Positions 11,054 to 21,176 of a stretch of DNA of 64,000 bases are shown piece by piece. Numbering within the stretch: the first letter of the stretch is position 1; every line of letters begins with the position of its first letter. The notes below the pieces were generated by a model. That model searched no databases, had not been told where the DNA came from, and saw only the letters and a program-made list of their open reading frames with translations. This stretch comes from an uncultured Candidatus Binatia bacterium (GTDB lineage Bacteria; Desulfobacterota; Binatia; Bin18). The DNA lies in contig OZ243961.1 of NCBI GenBank assembly GCA_965214605.1, positions 3,040,001 to 3,104,000 on the forward strand. Direction: 5' to 3'. A program made the position numbers and the translations under genes.

Positions 11054-12211
11054 ATGACCCGCGAGACCGGCCATTACCGCATCACGCGCACCCTTGGGGA
11101 GGAATTCCATGCCTTCGTGCCGCGTCCGCTGCCGCCTGCCAATCCGCCGCTAGCGATGGACGGCCAGACGGTGGAGCTCCATGCTGAGGCCATGACCGCG
11201 TTGGCCCGCCTCGCTGTTGCGGGCTCAATGGTGCCGAGCACGGACTGGTTCCTCTACGGGTTTGTCCGCAAGGAAGCGGTTGTCTCCTCGCAGATCGAAG
11301 GAACGCAGGCTACGCTGCGCGACGTCGCCACCTTTGAGGCCACCGAGCGGAGCGACCGTCCGGACGACGTGCGCGAGGTCTGCAACTACGTGGACGCCTT
11401 GGCGCACGCCCGGGACCGGCTTGCGGACCCCAGGGGACTGCCGCTCTGCATCCGGTTGCTGTGCGAGGTGCACCGCATCCTGATGTCGGGCGCGCGCGGC
11501 AAGAACAAACTGCCTGGGGAAGTCCGCCGGTCACAGAATTGGATTGGCGGCAGCCGGCCCGGCAATGCCCACTTCGTGCCGCCCCCACCCGAAGAGGTTC
11601 CGGACGTGCTCGCTGCGCTGGAGCGTTGGCTGCACGAGGACAACGCCCTCCCGCCCCTGATCCGAGCTGGCCTCGCCCACGTGCAGTTCGAGACAATCCA
11701 TCCGTTCCTGGACGGCAACGGCCGCATCGGGCGACTCCTGATTGCGCTTCTAGTGGAGCACTGGGATCTGCTTGATCAACCCCTGCTCTACCTCAGCCTG
11801 GCTTTCAGACGGAAGCAGTCGGAGTATTACGCGCGTCTCGCAGCAGTACGCTGCCACGGAGATTGGGAAGGCTGGAACCGGTTCTTCCTATCTTGCGTGC
11901 GCGAGGCTGCCGCCGACGGCGTTCGCGTCGCCCAAGCGCTCCATGTCCTGGTCTCGTACGACCGTGATCGCATCCTCGCCCATGGCCGATCGACCGTCGC
12001 TGCCGTCCGGCTCTTCGAGTGTCTCCCGTCCCATCCGGTCGTCACCGTTCCCAGGGCTTCGGAGCTACTCAATCTGACGGCGCCTCCGGCACGCAAAGCA
12101 GTAGCGTTGCTGGAGAGCCTCGGGGTGCTGTGCGAGATCTCGGGCAGGCGGCGCGACCGCGTCTACGCCTATCACGACTACCTGCGGATCCTAACCGACG
12201 AGGAGACGTGA
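11054..12211 (+). CDS. Fic family protein (Fic_N + Fic + C-terminal HTH)
   Basis: EAVVSSQIEGT; intact Fic motif HPFLDGNGRIGR. Confidence 0.93.
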   Translation: MTRETGHYRITRTLGEEFHAFVPRPLPPANPPLAMDGQTVELHAEAMTALARLAVAGSMVPSTDWFLYGFVRKEAVVSSQIEGTQATLRDVATFEATERSDRPDDVREVCNYVDALAHARDRLADPRGLPLCIRLLCEVHRILMSGARGKNKLPGEVRRSQNWIGGSRPGNAHFVPPPPEEVPDVLAALERWLHEDNALPPLIRAGLAHVQFETIHPFLDGNGRIGRLLIALLVEHWDLLDQPLLYLSLAFRRKQSEYYARLAAVRCHGDWEGWNRFFLSCVREAAADGVRVAQALHVLVSYDRDRILAHGRSTVAAVRLFECLPSHPVVTVPRASELLNLTAPPARKAVALLESLGVLCEISGRRRDRVYAYHDYLRILTDEET

Positions 12212-12914
12212 GGCGCAGTCGCCCTCACGTTGACAGCCGGATAAGACCGTCGTTTGCGTCATGTGACATGGGTGTCGACATTCCCGACGTCCCGAGCGGA
12301 GTGACGAGGCTCGTAGGTTTCCCAGGACTCTAGGTTGGGAGCAGCGTAGAGCAGGCGGGTTCCCGCCAGCTTGATTTCGTGCCGGGGACGTCATCCTCCC
12401 TGATGGGTACAGCGACATTGTCCCCGACCGTCTGCTTCTTGAGTAGCTTCAGAAGGCTCACATCCGGGTCTCCCGTCAGCGGGTTCGGGAAATACCTACC
12501 GGAGCGAGCGGCATCATGCCGGATGGTGAGAGGTTCCGCTGCCATCCTGGAACCTCTCACCACCCCCTGTCACCGGGGTAAAAGGGTTGATTTCATTGAT
12601 AATTGGTTAGGTTCCGGTTAGAGGGTGAAAGAGAGAGGAAAAAATATGTCCACATATGAGGGCCGTGTTTTTTGGGCCTGTAGGACGACCACGATACCCT
12701 ACGTTCTTCTTTATCGCTAAGGGGGGAGATTCTCCGAAAACCTTTCACCCGCACGTCGTAACACGTTGATATTGCTCAGCTTGGTTAAAGGGGATATCAG
12801 TGAAGGTCCTGGTGAAGGGGCTGGCAGGCCCGTCGGCAGGCTGCGTGCTGGATACACCACAACTGTGGAGAGTCATGGACGTTAAAGTAGGAATACGAAA
12901 ACGGGGGGATCGCG

Positions 12915-13660
12915 ATGAGATCGTATCGGCTCATGCTTCTATTGCTGGCTGTTGCCTTCCTGGTCGCTATAGGCGTTGAATTCGTGCATGCGCACGGCGG
13001 CGGCCTTGACAACCTCGGCTGCCACAACGACAGGGAACGAAACGAGTATCATTGCCACCGGGACGAACTCGCTGGTCAAACCTTTGCTTCGAAGTCGGAG
13101 GCCGAAAAGGCGTTGGCGGGCGAGGCCCCTAGCGAGTCCAGGTCCCAGAAATCCCCGTCTGCGGGTGCGTCTGATCGGGACCTCTACGGCGACTAGATCG
13201 ACGCGGACGGCGACTGCCAGAACACCCGAAACGAGGTCCTGATTGCCGAGAGTACCGTCCCGGTGAGGTTTGATGCGAGAAGCTGCAGGGTCGTCTCCGG
13301 CCGGTGGGAAGACCCCTATACGGGGCGCGTGTTCACCGATCCCCGACGTCTGGACATCGACCACTTCATCCCGTTAGCCGAGGTGCACCGCAGCGGGGGA
13401 CACGCCTGGACGCCTGCGCAGCGGGAGATACGCCAATGACCTCTCGAATCCTCAGACCCTCATCGCTGTGTGGGGATCGGCTAATCGGTCAAAGGGCGGG
13501 CGCAAAGGACCCGGTGTATTGGCTACCGCCGAACCAGGCCTAGCGATGTGAGTACCTCAAGACCGGGGTTGCTCTTGAAGCGTCATTGGGAGCTTTCATC
13601 GGGCCCGGTGGAGGAGAAGTTCTCGGCCGAAAGTGAGTGCTTCAGTGCGAAATAAGGACT
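12915..13660 (+). pseudogene. Secreted YHYH-like + DUF1524/HNH nuclease, disrupted
   Basis: Signal peptide, HGGGLDNLGCHNDR...YHCH; TAG at 13194 then IDADGDCQNTRNEVL...WEDPYTG...LDIDHFIPLAEVHRSGG; further frameshifts. Confidence 0.7.
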
Positions 13661-14589
13661 GTGAGGAGAGGACGGTTCGTCTCCTGAGCGGTAGCCTCGT
13701 AGAATTAGGAGTCCGTGCGAACATCATGACCTGGGCGACCACTCCGAAGTTTCTCTAGAAGTATCGGCCGTCACTCGAGTCGAATATTGATTCGTTGCCT
13801 ACAGTCCGTGCACCGGTCCAGCTCGTTGACCACTCGCGCTGTGACGGCTGCCAAGGTGAAGATGTCGGCCTTGATGTCGCTCTCGAACTTCTCCTCGTTG
13901 TCCTCAAAGACGAACAAGGTGATGTCCGCTGAAAACGCCTGCCTCTTGATCTGGATTGAGGAACGCTGGCTGAAATGTGTTCAGGTCCATGCGCCGGTCC
14001 CCGCTCGGACTGCCCCTCGTGGCGGTCTCAGCGGTGACTGACCAGCGCGCCCGAAAAGGTGTCGGGTAGGATGGGAGGAGAGAAGGCCGTGCCGGGTTCA
14101 AGGATCAAAGCCGGGCACGGTAATCGGCTCCGGTGGCTGCTCCTCAAGGTATTCCGCCAAGCCGTGAGCGATCAAGGCGGCGAGGAGGGCGCTTGCCTGC
14201 TCCTTGGACCCATCGCCTTTGACGGCCAATTCGATCCCGGCCAACCTTATTGGCGTTGTGCAGGACCATGTCGATGTAATCCTCGGGTGTCGCCTGATCG
14301 GAGAAGAGCGTCGCTTCCCGCGTGGCCTAGACGACCTCGAGGGTCGTCTTGCCGGTGAAGATTTTCCCCTTCGCCCTGGAGCGGCTTGCCCCCTAGGGCG
14401 GTGTTCTTGAGATGCGCTCTCGTGGAATCGTTTCTCTTAATGAAGAATCGGGGAATCCGGAAACGAAACGACGGGGGCGCGTGCAGCCCCCATGCTTGCA
14501 CGCGCCCACCCCGCGTGGATTTTCCTAACGGGAGAATCGAAGAGCATGGAGGAAGGGGCGTAACCCCTTGGAAACACGCCAGATACGAC

Positions 14590-14608
14590 AAAGCCCCTTC
14601 GGGGCTTT
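14590..14608 (-). terminator. Hairpin/putative intrinsic terminator downstream of tRNA-Asn
   Basis: AAAGCCCC-TTC-GGGGCTTT inverted repeat. Confidence 0.55.
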
Positions 14609-14648
14609 GCGTGAACTATCGAGTCGCTGGAGTTCGCGCCCGAAAAAA

Positions 14649-14724
14649 TGGCTCCTCGGGTAGGATTCGAACCTACAACCCATCGGTTAACAGCCGATTG
14701 CTCTGCCGGTTGAGCTACCGAGGA
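14649..14724 (-). tRNA. tRNA-Asn(GTT)
   Basis: TCCTCGGTAGCTCAACCGGCAGAGCAATCGGCTGTTAACCGATGGGTTGTAGGTTCGAATCCTACCCGAGGAGCCA; full cloverleaf with CCA. Confidence 0.97.
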
Positions 14725-14839
14725 TCGTTGAGCGCTGGCGCAGATGCCGCACCGTGGACGAGATTTTGTAGCAAAGGCCAGGGCAAGTGTAAAGATGGGA
14801 AGAAGATCATGGTCGGTTCCTCTGCCTACTTGTCCACGA

Positions 14840-15436
14840 CTACATCTCCCGCCGGCCTTCGAGAGCGCGGCCTAGGGTGACGACGTCGGTATACTCCACA
14901 TCGCCGCCCATGGGAATGCCGCGGGCGATGCGGCTAACCCGCAGGCCGAGCGGTTTGATGACTTTTGCCAGGTACAATGCAGTGGCTTCGCCCTCGGTGG
15001 TGGGGTTGGTCGCGATAATCACCTCTTGGGTCGAGCCACGGCGTAGCCGTTCAAGCAGGGGGGCGATCTTGAGATCGTCCGGGCCAATGCCGTCTAGGGG
15101 CGACAGGACGCCGTGCAGGACGTGGTATCGGCCCCGGTATTCATGGACGTTCTCAAGCGCCATCAGGTCGGCCGGTTCCTCAACGACGCACAGCGCCTCG
15201 TCGTTGCGTTTGGCGTCAAGACAGATGGCACAGCGCTCGCCTTCGGCCAGACCAAAGCATTCTTGGCACAGGGTCGTTTCGGCCTTGACTGCCCAGACCG
15301 CTTCGGCTAGCGCTTCGGCATAATCACGGTCGGCATTCAAAATAAACATGGCCAGGCGGGTGGCCGTTTTTTCGCCAATGCCGGGCAGCCTGCCGAGTTG
15401 TTCGACCAAACGTGCCAATGACGGGGTGAGATTCAT
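14840..15436 (-). CDS. recR: Recombination mediator RecR
   Basis: LPGIGEKTATRLA, C4 zinc finger, YHVLHGVLSPLDGIGP, ATNPTTEGEATA. Confidence 0.97.
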   Translation of the reverse strand: MNLTPSLARLVEQLGRLPGIGEKTATRLAMFILNADRDYAEALAEAVWAVKAETTLCQECFGLAEGERCAICLDAKRNDEALCVVEEPADLMALENVHEYRGRYHVLHGVLSPLDGIGPDDLKIAPLLERLRRGSTQEVIIATNPTTEGEATALYLAKVIKPLGLRVSRIARGIPMGGDVEYTDVVTLGRALEGRREM

Positions 15437-15759
15437 GGCGTCAGGCCGGGGATTTTGAGCCCGCCGGTCAGCTTGCCTACCTCCTCGGCCATCATCTTTT
15501 TGGCCTGATTGATGCCCTGATTTACGGCCGCAATGACGAGGTCTTGGAGCATCTCCACGTCCGGCTCTTCGCCGTCCAACAGAATCGGATCAATCGTGAG
15601 CGATACCAGCTCTAGCCCTCCGTTGACCTCGGCTCTGACCATACTGCCGCCGGCCGTGGCGGTGACAGTCTTGCGGGCGGCCTTTTCTTGGACCTGGCTG
15701 AGCTGACTCTGTATCTGCTGGGCCTGTTTCATGATGTCGCCAATGTCAAAATCTGCCAT
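15433..15759 (-). CDS. ybaB: YbaB/EbfC nucleoid-associated protein
   Basis: MKQAQQIQ, AGGSMV, DVEMLQDLVIAAVN; conserved dnaX-ybaB-recR order. Confidence 0.95.
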   Translation of the reverse strand: MADFDIGDIMKQAQQIQSQLSQVQEKAARKTVTATAGGSMVRAEVNGGLELVSLTIDPILLDGEEPDVEMLQDLVIAAVNQGINQAKKMMAEEVGKLTGGLKIPGLTP

Positions 15760-15786
15760 ACGGACTCCTGTCTATGCCTTGCGTTC

Positions 15787-17574
15787 CTACGGCCGCCTAG
15801 TGCCGCCCCGGATACGGGTGCTCTGGACTTCTCCGCCAAGCACGTCGAGAACGGTTCGTACTAGCGAGTCTTCGTTTGTGTCGGCAGGACTCTTGCGATG
15901 CGCATCGTCCGGTCCGCCTGCCGGACTGGTCGAAACCGAGGGCGGGACATTTGGTGGAGCTGGGCCGGTCGCGCGTGATGGAGCGGTAGACTGCGACAGA
16001 CCGTCCTTGGTTATCTCAACCCTCAGCAGTCGGCCAAAGACCCGACCTGCGGCTTCTTCTAAAATTGTGCGGTTCTCTTTGCGTGCCAGCTCCTTGAAAT
16101 AGGGCTCTTTGTTCACCCCAATGGTCAGCACGGTCTGGTCGAGGTTGTGGAGGCGGCCCGCCTTAAGGGCAAAAAATAGCGATAGCTTGTCCTTTTGAAC
16201 GGCGGACAACAGGCGTTCCCAGTCATCCTGTCCGGTCTCGTTCGGGGGGGGGGCTGGAACCGGCTGTAGGGGGGGGGTAACCTTGGCCGGGCCGGGGCGC
16301 CGCGGACTGTCGGGCGCTGCGGTGGGGGCAGGGGACTCCGACGGCGAAGGTAGCGGCTGGGGCGAGCGGCCCGGCTGGGGCATCGAAGTTTGAGTTGGAG
16401 CTTGAGCCGGGGCCGGGCTGGTGGAGGTGCCAAGCTGCTTGTGCAGCGCCTTGAGCTGAGCCAGAGCCTCGTCAATCGGGACGATCGGTGGCTGGCTGGC
16501 CAGCTTGACCAGACTCATTTCAACCGCCAGTTGGGTATAGGCGGTCCGGTTGATGTCGTCCTCGGCCCCTAACAGCAGGCTGAAAAAACGCTGGAGGTCT
16601 TCGAGCGAGCGTTTGGCAGCCTGGTCTTTGACCGCTTTGACCTCATGGTCGGGTAAATCGCTCAGCACGGCCGGGTCGTCGCACACCTTGGCAATGACCA
16701 GATGATGAAAGTGCTCCAGCAGATCGTGGCACAGCCGCTGCGGATCATAGCCGTACTCATACAGATCTCCGGCAATGCGCAGTACCTGGGCCGGGTCATG
16801 GGCCAGGATCGCATCGATGATCCCAAACAGCACCTGACGGTCGGCGACCCCAAGCGCCTGGCGGACGGTTTGGGCGTTGATCTGGCCGCTGCTCCAGGTC
16901 ACAACCTGCTCAAGCAGAGACTCGGCATCGCGCAGACTGCCGTCCGCCTCTCGCGCGATTAAGGACAGGCCGACCTCATCACACGTAAAGTCTTCGTGCT
17001 CGGCCAGGGCGGTCAGCTGCTTGATCAGGTTACGCAGCGGAATCCGTTTAAAATCGTAGCGCTGGCAGCGCGACACAATCGTGGCCAGAATTTTTTGGAT
17101 CTCGGTGGTGGCAAAGATGAATTTGACGTGGGCCGGCGGCTCTTCGAGGGTTTTTAGCAGGGCGTTAAAGGCCGCGTTCGACAGCATGTGGACTTCGTCG
17201 ATAATGACGATCCGAAAGCGGCTCTTGGCCGGACGGTATTGCACGCCTTCGGCAATGTCGCGGGCGTGATCGACTCCGGTATGCGAGGCCCCGTCAATTT
17301 CCAGGACGTCGATTGAGCTGCCGGCAGTAATCTCGGTGCAGTTGCTACAGCTGTTACACGGGTGGGGTGTCGGCCCGTTCTCACAGTTCAGCGCCTTGGC
17401 CAGCAGCCGGGCAATGGTGGTTTTGCCAACGCCGCGTGGACCGGTGAACAAAAACGCGTGAGCGATCCGGCCGCTCTGAATCGCGTTCTGGAGGGTCCGG
17501 GTCACGTGCTCCTGGCCGACCACCTGGTCAAAAGTTTGAGGTCGCCACTTACGAGCGAGGACGAGATAACTCAT
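15787..17574 (-). CDS. dnaX: DNA polymerase III subunit gamma/tau
   Basis: MSYLVLARKWRPQTF, GPRGVGKTT, IIDEVHMLS, SRCQ; Pro-rich linker. Confidence 0.97.
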   Translation of the reverse strand: MSYLVLARKWRPQTFDQVVGQEHVTRTLQNAIQSGRIAHAFLFTGPRGVGKTTIARLLAKALNCENGPTPHPCNSCSNCTEITAGSSIDVLEIDGASHTGVDHARDIAEGVQYRPAKSRFRIVIIDEVHMLSNAAFNALLKTLEEPPAHVKFIFATTEIQKILATIVSRCQRYDFKRIPLRNLIKQLTALAEHEDFTCDEVGLSLIAREADGSLRDAESLLEQVVTWSSGQINAQTVRQALGVADRQVLFGIIDAILAHDPAQVLRIAGDLYEYGYDPQRLCHDLLEHFHHLVIAKVCDDPAVLSDLPDHEVKAVKDQAAKRSLEDLQRFFSLLLGAEDDINRTAYTQLAVEMSLVKLASQPPIVPIDEALAQLKALHKQLGTSTSPAPAQAPTQTSMPQPGRSPQPLPSPSESPAPTAAPDSPRRPGPAKVTPPLQPVPAPPPNETGQDDWERLLSAVQKDKLSLFFALKAGRLHNLDQTVLTIGVNKEPYFKELARKENRTILEEAAGRVFGRLLRVEITKDGLSQSTAPSRATGPAPPNVPPSVSTSPAGGPDDAHRKSPADTNEDSLVRTVLDVLGGEVQSTRIRGGTRRP

Positions 17575-17614
17575 GGCTAGAAACGCTACGGGGTGCCACC
17601 CTTCTGCCGTCAGG

Positions 17615-17721
17615 GGTGATAGCTAGGCTGCCCTACGGCACAGGGTCGAAATCGGTACCGCTGCTTCCTTCCGGACCTGACGGGGTTCCCGACCTCCCTT
17701 GCGCAGGACCTAGCTATCACC
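17615..17721 (-). ncRNA. ffs: Signal recognition particle RNA (small, 4.5S)
   Basis: Conserved GTCAGGTCCGGAAGGAAGCAGC domain IV; terminal helix GGTGATAGCTAGG/CCTAGCTATCACC; upstream of dnaX. Confidence 0.93.
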
Positions 17722-17723
17722 TC

Positions 17724-17737
17724 TGACGGAGAGGGAG
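17724..17737. repeat. Putative att repeat (tRNA-Ser 3' end duplicate)
   Basis: TGACGGAGAGGGAG matches TGGCGGAGAGGGAG at 58370..58383 at 13/14 positions. Confidence 0.65.
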
Positions 17738-19075
17738 TCTGTTGAACAGGCGCCGTAAGTCGTTGATTGAAGGCCGCCTCCTCGCTGTTCCCGAACATCC
17801 CTGACCGTATAACTGTATGGAGCCAGGCAATGCAAGTGGACTTTTCCATTCTTTGCATTTCAGCGGCGTCCCGACAAGGGGGGCGCGACCAAAGACATCG
17901 TCCGAGGCCGTGAAACCGGTCTTGGACATCCTTGTGATGTAACGGCCGGGCAAGACCGGCGTTTCAACAGTGCCTCAACACTGGGCCGAGGGAAAGGGGG
18001 CCATGAACACCGGCGATCTCGGCATCTCCAGGCGGCCCCACTCTGCGGTCGCCTTCCCGCATCCCAAAGACTCCCTTTCGATTATGAAGAGAGTAGAGAT
18101 GCTGCTCCAGGGGGCGAAAGAAGAGGAGAGAGCATGAAGAACCTGGACTAAAGATGCCTTTCCGCGCCGTGCAGACCAATGGGGTGGCGAACGGGCTATA
18201 ACGTTTGCCGTAACGCTCTCTCGCCCTGTGGTACGTACTGTGGAGTATCCGCATAGACGACGGATTATGACACCGCTCTTGCGTTTACTAGGAAGCTGAC
18301 TGCCGACCTGAATTTCTACACCAATGGCGCCAGTACGCTGACCCCTGGTGCCCTCAAGTGACACAGCGGTTTCGGCTGCAGCCCCTCGGCTCGGAAATAA
18401 CCCCAGCTCAGTATTTCATCGGTGCCTACGACGGCCGGAGCCGTCCCTCTCTCCCCTCTGTCCATCAACAACAACGGCTTTATCCCCCTCGGGTTGTTCG
18501 GCTCCGTAGCAGCGGACATGCTCCCCAAGGTAGGAGTGTCCAAAGTCAGCGCGACCGCGGCAGCGTAAGAGCGGAGGCGTTGACAGGGTAAAACGAAAAT
18601 AGCGGCACCCCTGTCCCTGCCGCAACGGGTCCCTTTGGAAGCAACAGCAATGCGGGTGGGCGAGAACGGGAGCAGCACGATCACCGCCCTGTTCGCCGTC
18701 GACCCCAATGAGCAGGACGCCGTCACCGCCCTCCCGCGCCCTGCTCACGGCTAGCGCCGCCCGGAACGTACCGGGCGACCCTAGCGACACGTCCGGGGAC
18801 ATCGCTCTAGCACGAGGCCATGCTGCCGCTGCGGCGGAGAGCATGGAAGAGCGTCTGCGAAGTCTCTTGCTGAAGGCTTTCGCAGCGTGGTGAGGCTCTC
18901 TGACATTGCAGCGGGTTTGCGCCACAAACGTTGGAAACTGCTCAAGCTGACCCCAGTTTGGGGTCGGAAGGGCCCGGCTTTGACGGGTGGGGATGAGGGA
19001 CTGAGATCAGCGTTGCGGTATTGGCAACATATCGAAATGGTGTTAAAGCTGGCGCAACACAAGGGAGAGTAGTTT

Positions 19076-19224
19076 TTGAGCAAAAACAAGGACAAGAAGA
19101 ACAGGAGGCGGCTTTCGCTAATCTTGGACAAGGCCGACTTGCCGCGTCTCTGGACCTGTCCGCGGCATGGGTGATCCGGCGAACGGTGTCTGAGTTCGTC
19201 GTTCACGACCACCTATGGAATTGA
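19076..19224 (+). pseudogene. Ribbon-helix-helix (CopG-like) regulator, frameshifted
   Basis: AAGGGAG RBS, then LSKNKDKKNRRRLSLILDKAD, shifting frame to LAASLDLSAAWVIRRTVSEFV. Confidence 0.5.
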
Positions 19225-19340
19225 GCTGACTCTCTCGCTCCGGCCGTTCGGCTCCGATACCACACAGGAGCGGAATAAAGAAGCCGGAGCGCAGGTGTGG
19301 TTGATAGACGCAGTTGAAATTCAGGGGAGTAGGGCGAACC

Positions 19341-21176
19341 GTGGCACATACAAACGGCCTCATCTCATTTCTGCGCCACTACGGCCCCATCCCGACTAGC
19401 GACAACATGTATGACGAACTCATACAGACAGAGATTGAGCGACATCAGATCAATCCGGCAATCCATATCCCGCCCGTGCTGCTGAAAGACGTCCGCGCCA
19501 ATTTCGAATCCGCAGCACCCAAAAACGTCATCCTTACCGGCACGGCTGGCGACGGCAAAACGTACTACTGCCGCCGCATCTGGGAATATTGCGGGGGCGA
19601 TCCGGAAGCCTGGAAGGCAGGCGAAAAGATTGTCTCGCTCACCCTTGTCAAGTCCGGCAAAAGGCTGACCATCGTCAAAGACTTGAGTGAATTGACGCAG
19701 GCGGAGAAAAGCGATCTTCTCTCAGATCTCGCCAAAGCTGTGGAGGGCAAGAGTTCGGCCGACGTGTTCCTCGTTGCCGCGAACGACGGTCAGCTCCTTG
19801 CCACATGGCGGGACTGGTCGGATTCGCAGGACGAGAATGCGCACCGCGTGTTTAAGATTGTCGAAGACTTACTTGTGGGAGGCCGCACGACGGATGATGC
19901 CCTTGATTTATATCTGTACAACCTGAGCCGTCTTGATGCTTCGACCCACTTTGAGGAATTGATCGAACAAATCGTGGAACATCCCCAATGGTCTCAGTGC
20001 CAGGGCTGTGAACTGCTCAAGGCGAATGGCGCGCCCACCTGTCCCATCCGGATCAATCGCGAGCGCTTGCGCCTTCACACCGACGGATCGGTGTTTCGGC
20101 AGCGTCTCAGCGCCTTGATGAAACTGGCCCGGGCCAACAGGATGCATCTGCCAATCCGCGACCTCTTCCTGCTCTGCGTCAACATCCTGCTCGGCGACCG
20201 CCACGGACGCCAAATTCTTCTGACCTGCCGGACTGCAAAGAATCGCGTAGATAACAAGGAGTACCGTCTGACCAATCCCTACGCAAACGTATTCGGGATG
20301 AACCTGCCCGAGCGACAACGCCAGCAATATCAGGTATTCACGACGCTGGAGACGTTTGGAATCGGCCGCGAGACGGATAACCAATTCGACAACCTCCTGA
20401 TCTACGGGGCCCACGACCATTCCGATCTCTACCGGCGGCATGTGACCATGGATACCTATTACGGCGCAACGGCCTACGAACTGTATCTGCGCGATTATCT
20501 TGAAGGCGAACGGGAGAACATTGCTGAGTTCATGCGTTCCCTTTCCCGGCAGCGCCAGCGGCTGTTCTTTTCGCTGTCTTCAGACCACACACTTGATCCT
20601 TGGCGACTCACCGTCTACAAGGCATCCGGGCGGTTTCTGGAATTTCTCTCCGGTCTGGCCAGCGGAGCCGACATCTCGCGCACGACCGAGTTGCTCGTGC
20701 GCGGTCTCAACCGAACATTTTGCGGGATGATGATCGATGACGGCACGACACTCTATTTGGCCTCCTCAGGCGGTGACGGGCAGGGACGGATTGCTACGCT
20801 CCTCAACTACGATCTCCCAACCACACGGAATCGCCGCTATCCTTACCTCCGTTTTTCACTGACGCCGGATCGGGCCGCGCCGTGGTTGGAAATCGTTGAT
20901 CCGCACGGCGCAAACGACGATATCGTAGACCGTCTCACGCTCCAACTGACACATTTTGAGTACCTGGTGCGCGTGGCCAGCGGCAGCTTGCCGGGGAGTT
21001 TCTCTCGCCAATGCAACGAGGATTTTTTGGATTTCAAGCTGAGGCTGATCAAGAGACTCGATAAGTTGATCGGTGAAGAACCGTCTTCGTCGGACGAGAT
21101 CAATCTGCAGGCTTTGAGCGTCGATGAGAATGGAAGGCCGCATTCCGACCCTATCCGGATAAGGCTGAGCCCATGA
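19341..21176 (+). CDS. DndF/DptF-like P-loop NTPase
   Basis: GTG start after GGGGAG; Walker A ILTGTAGDGKT, IVKDLSE, LVAANDGQL; Cys cluster CQGC...CPI; ATGA-coupled to the next gene. Confidence 0.6.
   Translation: MAHTNGLISFLRHYGPIPTSDNMYDELIQTEIERHQINPAIHIPPVLLKDVRANFESAAPKNVILTGTAGDGKTYYCRRIWEYCGGDPEAWKAGEKIVSLTLVKSGKRLTIVKDLSELTQAEKSDLLSDLAKAVEGKSSADVFLVAANDGQLLATWRDWSDSQDENAHRVFKIVEDLLVGGRTTDDALDLYLYNLSRLDASTHFEELIEQIVEHPQWSQCQGCELLKANGAPTCPIRINRERLRLHTDGSVFRQRLSALMKLARANRMHLPIRDLFLLCVNILLGDRHGRQILLTCRTAKNRVDNKEYRLTNPYANVFGMNLPERQRQQYQVFTTLETFGIGRETDNQFDNLLIYGAHDHSDLYRRHVTMDTYYGATAYELYLRDYLEGERENIAEFMRSLSRQRQRLFFSLSSDHTLDPWRLTVYKASGRFLEFLSGLASGADISRTTELLVRGLNRTFCGMMIDDGTTLYLASSGGDGQGRIATLLNYDLPTTRNRRYPYLRFSLTPDRAAPWLEIVDPHGANDDIVDRLTLQLTHFEYLVRVASGSLPGSFSRQCNEDFLDFKLRLIKRLDKLIGEEPSSSDEINLQALSVDENGRPHSDPIRIRLSP

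Larger units (their letters stand above)
4900..14648. mobile_element. Decayed accessory island at the tRNA-Asn 3' end (left boundary approximate)
   Basis: Dense pseudogenes and TA/defence/phage fragments between core genes, ending at the tRNA 3' end; no att duplication or integrase found. Confidence 0.55.

Noticed and set aside
17960-19050. Degenerate cytosine methyltransferase upstream of the triad
   Set aside because: No FxGxGG, PCQ or ENV motifs found in the frames I read
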